DNA of 64,000 bases from Octopus vulgaris (Eukaryota): assembly GCA_951406725.2 (NCBI GenBank), contig OX597830.1, forward strand, positions 45,632,001 through 45,696,000. Direction: 5' to 3'. Positions 25,263 through 39,340 of this stretch are shown one piece after another (the stretch's first letter is position 1; every line of letters begins with the position of its first letter). A program made the position numbers and the translations under genes. The notes beneath the pieces were generated by a model, which made no database searches, was not told the origin of the DNA, and worked only from the letters and a program-made list of their open reading frames with translations.

Positions 25263-27571
25263 AATTTGTCAAGTCTTTCAGCTTCAAAAGAACACTACTG
25301 TACATTTGGAATTTGAGTTGTATCTCCTCCATCTTGTTTTGCACCTATGTACTTGCACATGCTTGTGTGTGTGTGTGTATAAAAGAGACCTTTTCTGCAG
25401 GTACAATAAAAGAATATCAAAACTATTTCACTCTGGCTATAAATTCTACATATTTTTAGTAATCAGTCCTAGTTTATAGATTATTTAAAGTAACTCAATA
25501 AGTTTATTTCTTAGACTATAATTAAATTACTCTTATCCAACGAATTCTCAGATGTGGTGCTTTTATCTCATTTGCTTTTTATCATTACAAAGATGTGAAC
25601 CTAAGCTGTTTTAAATTCCTTTTTCCTAAATGACAAAATCCAATCTGTTGCGAGTCAATTCTAAAATTCTAAAACAGAGAAAGAAAGGAAGGAAAAAGTT
25701 CCTGACATTTCCTACCAATAATTGGCTCCACTAAGAATCTGAAGAATTAATAGCTTCTTAATGAGTTTGTGATTAACTTAAAAGACAAAACAACAATAAA
25801 AAAAAAAGTGAGAAAATCTTGTACAAGGTGTGAAAGTATAACAACAGAAATTGTTCTCTCTTTGTTTCTTTTAATTGATCTTTTCTTTACACAGTTTGCA
25901 ACAATTTACAAGGTGTTATCTACATAGTGTGGTTTGCTTTAATTAAATACCTACAGCAGGTAATATTAATGGCTATGGTGACATTAAACATGGTAGCTTA
26001 GGATTACATTACAAAAGCAGCACTGTCCACAGAGAATGACTGTCGTGTGGTCAAGAGTGTCGGGTTTGTCTGTCCATATATACCCCTCCCCCTCCCCCCT
26101 GCCTCATCGCTCAATGTCATGGCACATGCATAGCCTTCCCTATCAAGCATTAAGCTGAAACCAGTTGTTAACATAACCTCCATTTGGTTGAGACTAGCCA
26201 GCAGCACGGTGGGATCCACGCAAGGTAAACGGAGTCCGTGGAATACAAGTGAGATGTAGTTTATTGCTGTGATTGGGATATTTAAGCACACATGCTTCAA
26301 GAAAGCGATAAGAAGTTATGTCTCAGAAAGACATGGTAAAATTCAAGGTTGAGTGTGAGTAGATGTGCAAACCAAAAGCAGTTTACAGACAAATTTGAAT
26401 TCTTCAAGAAATAAATAACATTTTCAATGTAGACAATTCAAAAATGTGAATACTAAATCAAACAGGTTGGAAGAATAACTGTACAGAAGTCAGAAGTGTA
26501 TTTTAGACACAAATAACCATCCGGCTGGCTTGTTAATGGCCAAGAAATATTAAAAATAGAAAGAATCTCAGCAACATTATATTAGTAGGGTCTTGAATTT
26601 TACTTGTTTTTCCCACTTTCTAATTAGTAATAGGAAAATGTTATTTTCAAAATATTTCTATAAGACCACTGTAGCAGACTGTGTACATACCACTGAAAGC
26701 CAGCAATTTATAGGTTAAAATTTGTTCTGCTGTATTCTCAACTGATTCTTTCTACAAGATATTATACAGAAATACATTCATTAAATACACCTGCAAATGC
26801 ATGCCATACCTTGTCACCAATATATGGCTTCAGTCAGTCACATTATTATAAGGTTCACATAAATTGATAAAATTAATTTTGTATTCCTCATTGAATCAAA
26901 AATTAATTTGAAAATTAATTCTAAAAAGAAAACAAACAAAAAGGCCAACTATGATGTTGTGAATTTGTTAAAACAATAAATGAGAATTAAAAAAAAACCC
27001 AACTATTTTATAGCAATTAAAAAGAAAATAAACACCTTTCTAAAAACATTACAGTTTGCTGAGTTTGTAGCAAATAGCAAGAGATGAGGAGCGCATTCGC
27101 AGCACTTTCACAATGGTTACACATGACATAAACCACAACCATACTTAGTTCCTTACTGATGAATGAGCGAAAACAGTAAGATGCTATGAAATATAAGAGT
27201 TTAGCTTTAAATCAGAGATCAGTTGTGTCATTAAAGCAAAAGTCCCAAAAGGTTTTCATGTAACTTAAAACAGAATTTCTGCCGAAGGATTATTGTAAGG
27301 CATAAGTAAAGAGTTTAAATGTAACATGGAGTTAATACACTAAAAATAAAAATAAAAAAATTTTAAAAATTACAAGTTAGTTGTGGTTACTTGAAAATAT
27401 ATAACATTATAGTATTTTAAGACATTGAAAATTTTTTTTTTAAACTTGTAAGCTTATGAATGTAATTGAAGATGAGTGTACAAATAGTATGAGTGAGTAC
27501 ATATACATACATACATATATATACACATATACACACATACTTACAATGTATGTATATATATATACATACAT

Positions 27572-27605
<34 letters not shown>

Positions 27606-27967
27606 CATCAGTGCAAATCAACTGACTAAATGGTTATTTAATAAGCAAAGATTAATAGATGATCTAATGTGTTCCCTTCATTTTATCTTTGGATCTTTGT
27701 CAGTAAAATAAAAAGCGACTGAATGCAATGTTTTAGAGTTTCTTTTGTATCATTTGATTTGGGGGTGGAGGGGGGGGTAAAAAAAATACATAGAATAGTT
27801 TCAAAAGTGGACAGAATTAAACATAAAATCTAAAAATCAGTTGCTGTGCTCAAAAACAAAATGTAGTTTGGCATGAAAAAAAAAAAATCTATTTCCGAGA
27901 TATATTTTCATAGAACTATTTTCAACTGCTATTTATTAAGTGATTCTTCTAGATAAGACTCCTTTAA

Positions 27968-28175
27968 CCCTTCAGCATCTGGCGAAAATATTCTCCCTGT
28001 TTTGTGTTGAAATTAACTAGATCTGACTCTCACACCAAGCCGACAATGTCATTATAAGAATAAAACAAAAACATAACTGAAAGCTTGAAACTATGAGATA
28101 ATGCATGATTAATTCAAAACAATGTGAATAAATGAGTATTACTGTTGACAGAGAAGTGATCTGAATGCTAAAGGG
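27968..28175. mobile_element. piggyBac-type MITE
   Basis: TTAA on both sides (27964-67, 28176-79); termini CCCTTCAGCAT / ATGCTAAAGGG; same family as 43440-43646. Confidence 0.8.
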
Positions 28176-31100
28176 TTAAAGAAATTCTTTTTAATTGGTA
28201 AAAAAGAAAAAAAAATCATTAATTAGAAATAATAGTAATGGAAATCTTTGAATGTACGTTTGAAAGATTTTTTTTTTTTCTTTTAATGTAACTGATAAGT
28301 AAATAATGATGATATTTTTGATGGATTAGACACAGAGTACTAAACGAGTAGAGAAAAAGTATGAATTTTGATTTTTTATTTAGAAAGATGATGAGTTGGA
28401 AAACATGGTGCTGAACACTGCTAAGTCATTAACCTTGATATATATTAAAAAAAAAAACCAAACATAATAAATAAAATGGAATGTGAAAATTCAAAGTTGC
28501 CACTAGATTAGCTTAACAAGTGACTAGTTTTAGTCAGACTCCAGTTGGTTTGCTTTTGGCCTCAATTATGATGAAGTAAATGTAAACTTTGATTTTAAGC
28601 TAAATTCAGGGACAAAATGTTGATTGGGACTAAAAAAGAGTGGGAAGTTTAAGAAAACAAAATTAAAAACCTGAGTAAAATTGAGTTAAATATAGAACAT
28701 CGTTAGTATTTGGGGAAAAGAAAACAATTAGCAGCACAATACATAATTAGTTATTGAAACAGCAAGAACTAGACGTGTTTAAACAAAGTGATAATATTAA
28801 AAGAAACAGTTTCAATGAAGATCTTTCAAAGCACAATTTATTAATGACTTTGTTGATTAATAAATAAAAACAGAAAGATGATTTGGTAGATTCTCTTTTC
28901 TAAAATCCTAACAACAATCAAACCCAAAACAACAATCTTTTTGGTTTTATTTAACATGATAAAATAATTTAGTTGTTGGTATCTGGAAGTGATTTTAGTC
29001 CATTTAAATAAAATTAAATGAATAAATAGTAAAAAGTGAATTTAAGAGAGAAACAGGTTGACTAAGAAACTAAAGAAATAAAAAAGTAAAATTAAATTTT
29101 TCTTTTAATCCAAAGAAATCTCAACAAAAACTTTCGATATAAATTGTTTCTAATTTTAAATACAAATAATGTGAAATTTCATTCAGAAGTAAAATGAATT
29201 ATTAGATTATTATGAAAAACAGTTTTGTAGAAGATCTTTCAAAGCATAATTTAATAATGAATTTGTTCCCTAATAATTAAAAACAGAAATAGCATTTCAA
29301 ATAGTCTCTTTCTAAAACGCTTTTTAATTAGTTATCACCTTGCTAAAATGTCAAACTAAGAAATACTTGAAAAGTTATATTTAATCTTTTTAAATAATTC
29401 AATAACTCATTATTGATTTTAATTATTCTCCTAAATTCAAATTTCTGTTCGAAATGGTCGGCATAAATTTATGTGTTATAAGAACAGTGATAAGATCCCT
29501 CAAGACAAGGCATCCTATAAAATATGTTTATAAAGGTATTTTAAACAGACAAGAAATAATCAAATTCCAAGCAAACTTCTATTAGAGAATTACCAAAGTG
29601 TCTAAGAAACAGTTAAGGAAGCAATTTGATGGTGTATTGGTAACATTTTTATTACATAGAAGAGTTCAAATGGTGACAACAGAACTGTAGGGAATGTCAC
29701 ATTAGCTTCAAGTTAAAGAAATAAACTGTGAAAAGAAGGAAGACATGTATTTGAAAGTTGGTCAAGCACCATTTAATCCAATTCCTTAGAAATTATGGCA
29801 ATGGAATTAAACAAAAGTGTCACTGAAACTAAAAGTTTGTTGATAATTGAAATTAATAATTACAATGAATTAGCAGCATATGTCGTTAGGTGCAAGACTG
29901 AAGTCAAACTAAAACCAATGATAAAAGGAGATGGTTGTAAACACTGACTACAATGAAGATGTACAAGACTTTATTCAGTTTCATTGAATTCTTCCACAGC
30001 AAATGTGTCAAAACAAAAACTTGATCTTTCTATAAACTGTCAAGTGTCACAGTGAAATATTTGTAAACATTAATGGTCTGAAAACATATTTTAACCTCTT
30101 CAGAGCACAGAGTTACTTTGGATAAATACCAACAGTTGTTGCTTCAACTTCCATATTTTTCATGGCACATATATGTATACACCTAACAATTATTTAGAAT
30201 GAGAGTTGAAGAGAGAACCTCTATAAAGTTGCCTGCAAGAAAGAGCAATCAAAATCTCCCTCAGATCATGCTCTTCTGTCTTCAATAACAAAAAGACACA
30301 TTAGCAAGTGTAGTCATCCAAACTCCTAAAAAGATGAAGTGGTCCCAGCTGGAATGCCTTTGATCACAGGTCTCTGCAGGATGTTAGGGGTTGACCTGGA
30401 GTTAATCAGCAACAACCATTTTTAAATATTCAATCATTATCTACCAATAGTAATCAACTAAAAGTGGAATTGTCTGCGAAAAGGAGAGGTAATGGTAAAC
30501 AACAACAGCTTGCAAAGAATTAGCTAATCATGTAAAATGAATATCAAAATGACAGAAGGAATAATTTACCAAGTTGTATAATGATAGTATTTCTGACAGG
30601 TCTATAGCAGCTGTATACAGACTATAATAATTAGTAAGTATTATTTGAGATAACTGACAAAATATTCAAACATCTGGCTTTCCTTTGTACTGACAATAAT
30701 ATCAAATAATTTTGAAAAGTGTCTGTTGCTAATGTAGTGTTTTAATATCTAAGTGCAGTTATTGAAGTGAAGAACTCGCACCCATGAATAGACTTATTTG
30801 ATGAAGAACACAGAAGACTAATCAGAAAACAATTCTACACCACAAAATATACAATATCTAACAAACCAATTATTAGAATAGAGCAGTTTGTGAGTTGGGA
30901 TATATTTGGAATTTTATGTTTTGAGACTAAGTCTTCATTTGAAGATATTTATTTCTCTGAGATTGTGAATAACTGTCAAAGACATTGGTGATAGCTGCCA
31001 AAACTACCAAACATCAACTGGATTTCTGTTTGCATTAATATCAAAGAATTTTGAGAGTGTATCTTGCTGCTACAATGAAGATCAGGCAAAGGATCAGTTC

Positions 31101-32716
31101 CAAAACGTTAAATTCCTCTTCCCCTTACATATACAAATATATCCATACTCATAAATTTCACTGTAGAGTTCTGGCCAATGCAGACCACCACCACCACCAC
31201 GGGGGGAGAAAAAAATAGATAAAAACAGAGTTTCTTAGACTCTGCTTGTTTTTATTTCATTTAATTCTCTATAATTTATAGAATAAATGGAGATGAAACC
31301 ATAGAAAACAGAAAGAATGGATTTGCAACAGCATCAGGTTAAGAAAGTGAAATAGTGTATAAGTCTCATAGGATCCACATTACTAGAGGTTTTAAAAATG
31401 CCATTGTGGCGAGAAAATGTCCACCAGAGAATGTATCTTATATGAGGGGGGAGGAGGAGGGAGAGAGAAAGAGAGAGAGAGCACAACATTATTAGTTGGT
31501 GCTAATAAATCAAGTTTACAGTTTATCAATGCAACAATATACAGTGCTTAAACACACACACACAAATACAAAAGACAGACAAAAGTCATGCACGCACGCA
31601 CACATAAATATAAACATTATATAAACATACATAAACACACACACATTATATAAACATACATAAACTCACACACACACACACACTCACACATATATATTGT
31701 GAAAACAAGAAAAAGAAGGTAACAATGCTTGGACTAAAAACAGTTTTTAACAACAAGAAATCTAGAGAACATAATTGAATAGAAACTAATGGTGTGGTTT
31801 TCCAATGATTTCCCTTTATTCAGTGGATGCTGAAATAAATATATAACTTGATGTTTTTATTGACATTCATAACCAAACAATGGGATGGGGCACATAGATA
31901 AGTGGGGACACGTGAGATAAAGAAATCAGCAGAGAGAGAGAGAGAGAAATAATTGTAATTTGTATGAGAATGCGCTAGAATTCTAAAGCTGAACAAATAA
32001 CTGGGATCACATTCAATTATAATATCTTTCTTTCTTTTTGCAGAAAAAAAAAAATTAAATACCTGAAACAACTTGTGAGCAGAAAGGAATGAATTAGAAG
32101 AGGCAGCACTATTCTTTCTTTATTTTTTCTATTAGTTTTAGTCTTTGGACTGTGGTCATGCTGGTACCGCACCTTCATGGGTTTTAGTCAATTCCATAAG
32201 ACCACGTTACTTTATCCATTAATTATGGTAGCAATGAGAGAAAGGACGAAAGGCAAAATCTATCTGATTCCTAACATTAAATCTTTTTACTTCATCAATT
32301 GATCAAATACAGAGAAATAATCTCCTTCAGGAAAAAATTTAAAAGTATGGTTAGCAATAAAACTTTCCCAGTAAACAGTCACTTTATCAACAAAATTCAG
32401 TATCTCACTTTAAACATAAATCATGGCAATTAATCTTCAGTTATCATTTTTTTGCCAAAAACATAACTACATTAGTAATCGATTCATTTTCCAGAAATAA
32501 AAATATCAATGAAGATATAACTTTCTACTATTATTCCTGACATGAATATTAATTGCTAAGATAAAACAGAATTGTTATGACAAGGATGTTGATGTAAGAA
32601 AAAAAAAACCAAAGATTTAACTACAAATTAAGTAAAAAAATTTTCAGACACAAACTTATGTCAACTTTGCTTAAGTAATGCTGCAACAGGTTTTGTATTG
32701 TGTGTGTGTGTGTGTG

Positions 32717-32776
<60 letters not shown>

Positions 32777-33777
32777 TACACATACAGACAAACATACAGA
32801 GAGAGATGCTAAGGTTGGAGAAATATCGCAACAAAGATTTTAGGATATAAATACACTTTTCTGGCATCTACTCAGTGAAATAATTTTATCAATTTTAGTT
32901 AAATAGATCTCATTTTGTTAATCTTTTTCAATCAAAGAAAAAGTTAATGTTGAAGATATTAGAAGAGAAATGAGAATTAGCATTAACGACTCAGTTTTGT
33001 GGGTAAAACATTGTGAAACATAAATGAATAAACTTTAATTGGTGGTAAATATTTCGAAAAAAGTTTATAAATTAAAAGTCAAGAAAGATACAAAGCGAAT
33101 GATATGACAAACTGTATGAGTTATTGGTACAATTGAATATAGTTTGGTTTTTGAGTAGTCAAGACAAAGTAAAAAACAGCAGCAGAGAAAGCTGCCGCCG
33201 TTCACATGAATTGAACTCTTGTTTCTCAAAGAAGCAAAAGATGACTTGGTTCCCAGAACTTTAAAATAACGGTTATGATAGGAAAGAAATTTTACTTTAG
33301 GAGAATAAAATAAATAAATAAATAAATAAATAAAACTCTGGAGCAAAATCTATAAGCTGCCCATTGGTGAAGGAAATGGCAAAGAATATAGAATTGCAAC
33401 CAGACCTGTTGTATGATGAGGATAAGGCAAGTGTATATAAAAACTGATAAATACAAACTAAGGAGCAGGAACAGCTTTACTGTTGTACAGAAAGAAATCA
33501 GCTGAGACAAGGTGTTTTTTTTTTTATTATTTGTTTTGTTTTTTTTCCGTAGAAGAGAAGCTGACAGCTGCCTCTTCCTTTTTTTCAAACAACTAACAAT
33601 AAGGACAAAACAAACCTAAAACTGAACAGTATGGTTATTATAACATTTGGAATGGCTATCATTAGTTTAGTATGGAAGCAAGCTTGGGTTTGAAACAAGA
33701 ATTAGAGGGGAACGGTCCATTTGAACATCATTTATACATGCATTCATGTTAGTAGACTTGCATCCCCACAGATATGC

Positions 33778-33813
<36 letters not shown>

Positions 33814-35023
33814 TCTCTCTCTCTCACAGAAATGCTAGACTTGGGCTGCAGTACAAGCTACAAATATAAAAGGGGAAGGTCGTTATGTGTTAAGAAGATG
33901 GGACAGAGTGCAGTGCTAAAGAAACATAAGAACTAATGGCTTGCAGATGAGAGAGGGGCACCATAATACTGTTGGAATGATATTTGTTGCATTCCAAATG
34001 AATAACTGAGATCAAAATTTGAGAACAAGTATTTAATGGAGGCAAGATAACTTAAATACGTAAATATTTTAACATTTTTTTCTTTTTGTTTCTATTTATC
34101 TTCGTCCCCCCCCCCACCACCACCACCAACCCAACAAGATTTCCCATTTATTGTAAACAGAACACACTATAGCTTCTCAATGATTTAATCATAAACCACT
34201 AATTAAACATCTTGGAAAATGAAATAGACTTTGGACTGAAGTCTATGACAATTTGAAAACCCTGAAACAGAATGAAATTTTTGAAATAAATAAGAATGGA
34301 AATAAAGAGAAATGTTGAGAGCTGACTAGAACATAGCAGTAATTGGAATGATGTGATGTTTGCCACTTGAGACTAACGGATCACATTATTATGCAAATAT
34401 TAATGACAAGATGTACAATTTCGTTTATATTTCCTAAACTGTGTTAATAATAATAATATATATATATATATATATATATAAAAACAAGAATTTTAAAAAA
34501 AATACAGAATTCTTTTTTTAATTTACTTTAAAAAGAAAGTATTACACACTAAAACTGCAAACAATTTCCCATCAGAATACTAAAGACAATCAAGTACATT
34601 TTTTTTTACAATTAACATAAGGACAATAAACGAGAGAAATAATGGATAAGTTATCAATTTTTTAGATCTGAGAACCAGAGTTAGGTGTTGTTAGGCAACA
34701 TAAGTGAAATGCTAGTTGGCAGAGTAGAACCAGTAGCAATGGTCAAGAAGAAATAATATCATCTTTTTGATTCCAACTTTTCTTTGCTTCATTTTTTTCT
34801 TTCTTTTTTTGCTTTTTTAAAATTTATTTTTAACAAACAATGGTAGCAGCAGCAGCAGCAGCAGCATATGTGACAGTGTTAAGTGAAAATGTCTCAGGAA
34901 GAAATAGGCAACCAGCCAATGGACAAAGCAGTTAAAATAGATTCAGAATAGATTCATGGACAAGGAAGCTATATTGAACTGTAGACCTGCACACACCAAG
35001 CAGACTGACAGACATAACCATTG

Positions 35024-35361
35024 TAATAATAATAATAATAATAATAGTAGGAGGAGGAAGAGGAGGAGAAGGAAGAGTTGTTTTTAGTAATAGTAGCAGC
35101 AGCAATAATATTCCTAGCAGTAGTAGTAGTAGTAGAATTATTATTATTATTATTATTAGGAGTAGTAGTAGTAGAAGAATTATTATTATTATTGTTATTA
35201 TTATTATCATTATTATTATTAGTAGTAGTAGTAGTAGTAGTAGCAGCAGCAGCAGTAACTGTAAATGATCAAAATAAGTCAAAGCTTTTAATGTCAATCA
35301 GTGCACTGCAGCCAGAACTGCATTACCTATTACTATTATTATTATTATTATTATTATTATT
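35024..35361. repeat. Compound trinucleotide microsatellite (AAT/AGT/AGC/AGG/ATT)
   Basis: Direct inspection; explains the poly-L/I/V ORFs 34932-35297 and 35078-35473. Confidence 0.95.
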
Positions 35362-35724
35362 AAGCACTGCAGCCACAAGCCAACAATGTTGCTTTGGCAG
35401 CTTAGAATTGCACTTTAGACCTGATTTGGCAGTAAAGGTTACCAATCCCTGTTGGTCACCATGGCATATATGAGACGGTGGAGTCGAACGTAGAGTTAAG
35501 AAGGGGAGACGCTATCAGCAGACTAAAGATCTCAGAGGAAAAAAAAAAAAAAGAAAAAAGAAACCATTTTAACACAACTTGCTTCTATTCAGTTTTTAAT
35601 GTTATTAAAAAAAAAGTTTTAGCCGTTAATCTCTTTGCTGTTGCTGATTTTTTTTTGTTCTTTTTCAATTTAAAAACAAGCTTAACAGGTAAGAAAAAAA
35701 CCTTGCCCTTGACTATATTTCATT

Positions 35725-35755
<31 letters not shown>

Positions 35756-36419
35756 GTAAATTGTGGTATTTCAAAATCTACGACTTCTGAAGCTTCATCA
35801 TTTATCATAACACATTATACTGAACCACATTCGGCTAGGAGAAGAAGGAAAGAAAAAAAAAAAAAAAAGAAAAAGAACAAAAAAAATTCAAATCACCGTT
35901 GACCAAAGCGAGTGATATTCAAACAATGAGTGTCTATGATAAAAAAATGAGAAATGAATTTAAAAATGTGTTGATGGCAAATGTACAATTTTAGTTTAAC
36001 CATTTTGAGGGGGGGGAAAAAAAAAGAATCTTTTCTATTAAGCAAGTTACAGAATGCCTCAATGAAGTAAATATATGAGCTCTCATGCCATTTTGCTAAG
36101 CTTCATGCCGTCGTCTTTGCTACCAGAGAAATTTAGTCCCAAAAGTAGAAAAAGAAGAGCAAAGTTATACTGTAACAGATTTGGCATTCTCTTCATATAG
36201 TAGCCTCATTAGCAGGTTCAAACATCAGGCTAGCTACAGGTGACCAATCAATCAGCTCAACATAATGTCTCTCTTAGAAAAGCAACTGCAGTGTAGTCAG
36301 ACATGTTTTTCATCCCACTCAGGATCCCCCTAGAGCTAGTGGGGGGAACTGTCTTTTAGGATTTTCTCTTTACAAACCGCTGATGCCAAATTATCAGCTG
36401 CCACCAGATGAGAAGAAAA

Positions 36420-36617
36420 CTAAATAACACTTGCTGGTAACTTGTCGAACATGTCGGTTTTGCCCGGTTGGACACTTCCTCGGCGCCGTGGTAAAGTTGG
36501 ATGTTCTGGACATCCATTTGTGAGCAATAGAGTGACACATTCTGGAGAACCAGAACCCCTAGCATACCACAAGGCATTACGACCTTCATGGTCCAGCACT
36601 TTGACATTTGCGTTGTA
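36420..36617 (-). CDS. AGAP1: AGAP terminal coding exon, ankyrin repeat 2 and C-terminus
   Basis: TTCTTCAG| acceptor, 198 nt to TAG; YNANVKVLDHEGRNALWYARGSGSPECVTLLLTNGCP...KLPASVI*. Confidence 0.95.
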   Translation of the reverse strand, partial: YNANVKVLDHEGRNALWYARGSGSPECVTLLLTNGCPEHPTLPRRRGSVQPGKTDMFDKLPASVI

Positions 36618-37127
36618 CTGAAGAAATAAAGAAAGAAAAATTAGAAACATTTAAGAGTGAAATGTTAGATTTGCTTCAAAACTTTTTTTAAAAAAATGCA
36701 TTATATGTGACAAATAATTTGTCTTAACATTTTTCTATACAACAGATGGAATCAAAATCTGGTATCAACAAAGGAGATTTATATTCCTATAAAGTATCAT
36801 AGCTGTAAATGGAATTATAATGAAGATAATGATGGACTGTTGATGGCAATAAATGAGGCCTCAGCTGTTAGATTAAATGAGCCGATAATACATGTCATAG
36901 ATTAAGTGTTCCAGAGACATGTCTACTCTTAATTTTCAGTCAAAATCAGCATCATAGAGTATGGGACAAGGCTGGGCCTTTCAATTACAGACACAGTCCA
37001 CCTGATGGGCTTCAACATAGTTTCCACTGAACCAATTTCACTCACAAGGCTTGGCTTGACTAAAGACTATGGTAAAATACCTTTGTACAAGATACCAAGT
37101 AGTAGTATTAAACATGGGACCTCATCA

Positions 37128-37640
37128 TCTATATATATAAAACTGTAGTTGTGTGAGTGTCTGTCCCCTTCGATTTAGATTCCTAACTACTCCCACATTT
37201 TGCGGTGCAGTTTAACCAAATTCAGGTATCTTATAGTCGTGATTCATATCGAGCCCGTCTGAGTATTAGCGCGCGTCTACGATGAGTCTACGATTTTAAA
37301 AATAATTTAACATCATTTTTTATTCCATTTTAATGCATAATTTTTCGTGTGTCGATGGCGGCGGAGTTGGCGTCCATGGTCACACCTGCACCTGTTTGCT
37401 TCTCCCCCTTCTTCCCTCCCTCGTGAAGCTGTGGGGAAGGGAGTGTAAGGAAATCAACGTCGTAAAGCGTTGTCAAGGAGACCAGCGTTCTTTTAGAACA
37501 ACGACTTCATGGCTTGAAGACACCAAAACAGAAATGGCTAAGAAAGCCCGAATTGGCATCTACAAGGGAAATAACTCTCTAAAAATGCTTATATAGTTAT
37601 TTCCCTTACAAACCCGAGCAACGCCGGGCGATACTGCTAG
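37128..37640 (+). mobile_element. Non-autonomous Helitron (AGAP last intron), nested in a SINE
   Basis: A|TC start, 3' end identical to the 11801 copy, CTAG|T; flanks join into one minus-strand SINE (37020-37127 plus 37641-37680). Confidence 0.85.
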
Positions 37641-39128
37641 TTATTATTAAATGAATTTCTCAACTATTTGGCCATGTCAGCATCTAGAGAATCCTAAAAG
37701 AAGGCTAAATTCTATGTAATTGCTTTAGCTTTACTTCATAAAAATTAAACGAATCCTAAGATTGTTAAAAATTTTTATAATTTTTCATTCTTTTTCTCTT
37801 TTATATCTTCTGCCTCTTGGCATGGATTGCCAAAGTCATCTTATTACATTATCACCATTTCTAGTGCTAGCTTATTCAATTTATCTTTTGTTTCAGTTTT
37901 GTTTTAAGAATTTTATCTTCAGTCCCCCACCCCCATCCCAACAGCTTCTAGACTAGCATTTCTTTCTCACCATTGCACAGTTCCATTCTTTTTCAAAACA
38001 AACATTTACATTTCTGTAGACGCAAGTCTGTCTAACAAGAGATTTACACAGATACACAGAAATTGTACAGCAAATGTAATCTCCTTTTAACACATTTTTT
38101 ATGTGTTTTTTTAAAAACTGTTCATACTACATAGAACTGCCCGTAGCAGCAAGAGTATTCTTAGTAATTACTGCATATATCATTAAACAAATAACATTAT
38201 TTCATAACCAACATTGTATTTAACATCACTAATAATACAGCTCAGTACCTCTTCTTCTTTCTTTCTGGTATTTGGTTACATTTTCTCTAGATGCACGAGG
38301 ACAGACATGGCTGGGGTAACTAAGAGGTTTACTTGAGAAGCACGTGGGACCACTTCTACAGTATGAATATTGTTGAGTGATGTCTTCCACTACAATTGCA
38401 GGTGACCAATGTCCAGCGAATGGGAAACTGTAAGAAGCTCATCATGTGTGTGTGTTTGTCCCTTTCCCTTTGCACTAATTGTAAGCAAGGTCGATGTCAT
38501 ACAAATAATGTGGAAATATGTGCAGCCATTGAGTTCTTTTATCTTTTACTTGTTTCAGTCATCTTTGAATGTGGCCATGCTGGGGCACCACTTTGAAGGG
38601 TTTTAGTCAAACAAATTGACTCCAAGATATTATTTCTTAAATCCTGGTACTGATTTTAGCGGTCTCTGTTGCTGAACTGCTAAGTTATGGAGATTTAAAC
38701 ACACTAACACTAGCTGTTGAACAGTGGAGGATGGTGGTGGGGAGCAAACACAGAAACACACACACACACATCTATGACAGGCTTCTTTCAAATCCACTCA
38801 CAAGGCTTTGGCTGGCATGAGGCTATGGTAGAAGACACTTGTGCAAGGTGCCACGTAGGGGGACTGAACCCAGGACCATGTGGTTGGTAAGAAAGCTTCT
38901 TATCACATAGCCATGCCTCCAATGAGTTCTTCATTGTTTGAAGGATTAAAGGAAATAGAAAGAAGTGAGGGTTGGCAACAGGAAGAGCATCCAGCAGTCG
39001 ATAAATCTGACTTAACAAGTTTTGTCTGATTCATGCAAGTATGCAAATGTGGACACGATGATGATGATGATAATAATGCCTCTTGAGATAACTACACAAC
39101 AGACATTCAACTGGCAGTGAAATATAAT

Positions 39129-39307
39129 GTGCGGGTGGCACGTAAAAAGCACCCACTACACTCACGGAGTGGTTGGCGTTAGAAAGGGCATCCAGCTGTA
39201 GAAACATTGCCAGATAAGACTGGAGCCTGGTGCAGCCTTCTGGCTTCCCAGATCCCCGGTCGAACCGTCCAACCCATGCTAGCATGGAGAACGGACGTTA
39301 AACGATG
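39129..39307 (+). mobile_element. Short RTE 3' end (young; nearly identical to 48676-48820)
   Basis: Family 3' UTR; ends about 30 nt from the AGAP donor at 39340. Confidence 0.85.
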
Positions 39308-39340
39308 AATAATAATAATAATTCAAATGAGTAAGCTTAC

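Larger units (their letters stand above)
25850..36419 (-). other. Putative very long AGAP 3' UTR with alternative polyadenylation signals
   Basis: Minus strand is strongly U-rich and nearly free of young LINE copies; AATAAA at 34147-34152, 31856-31861 and 31815-31820; ATTAAA at 25870-25875 followed by GU/U-rich downstream sequence. The extent is inferred. Confidence 0.45.

Noticed and set aside
26004-26300. 98-aa minus-strand ORF in a slightly GC-richer island
   Set aside because: Non-ATG start, no homology or splice support; more likely UTR sequence
27152-27180. CTGATGA..GAAA hammerhead-like words
   Set aside because: Stems II and III cannot form; it is just a 7-bp hairpin
34932-35473. Hydrophobic poly-L/I/V 'membrane protein' ORFs
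   Set aside because: Trinucleotide microsatellite translated on both strands
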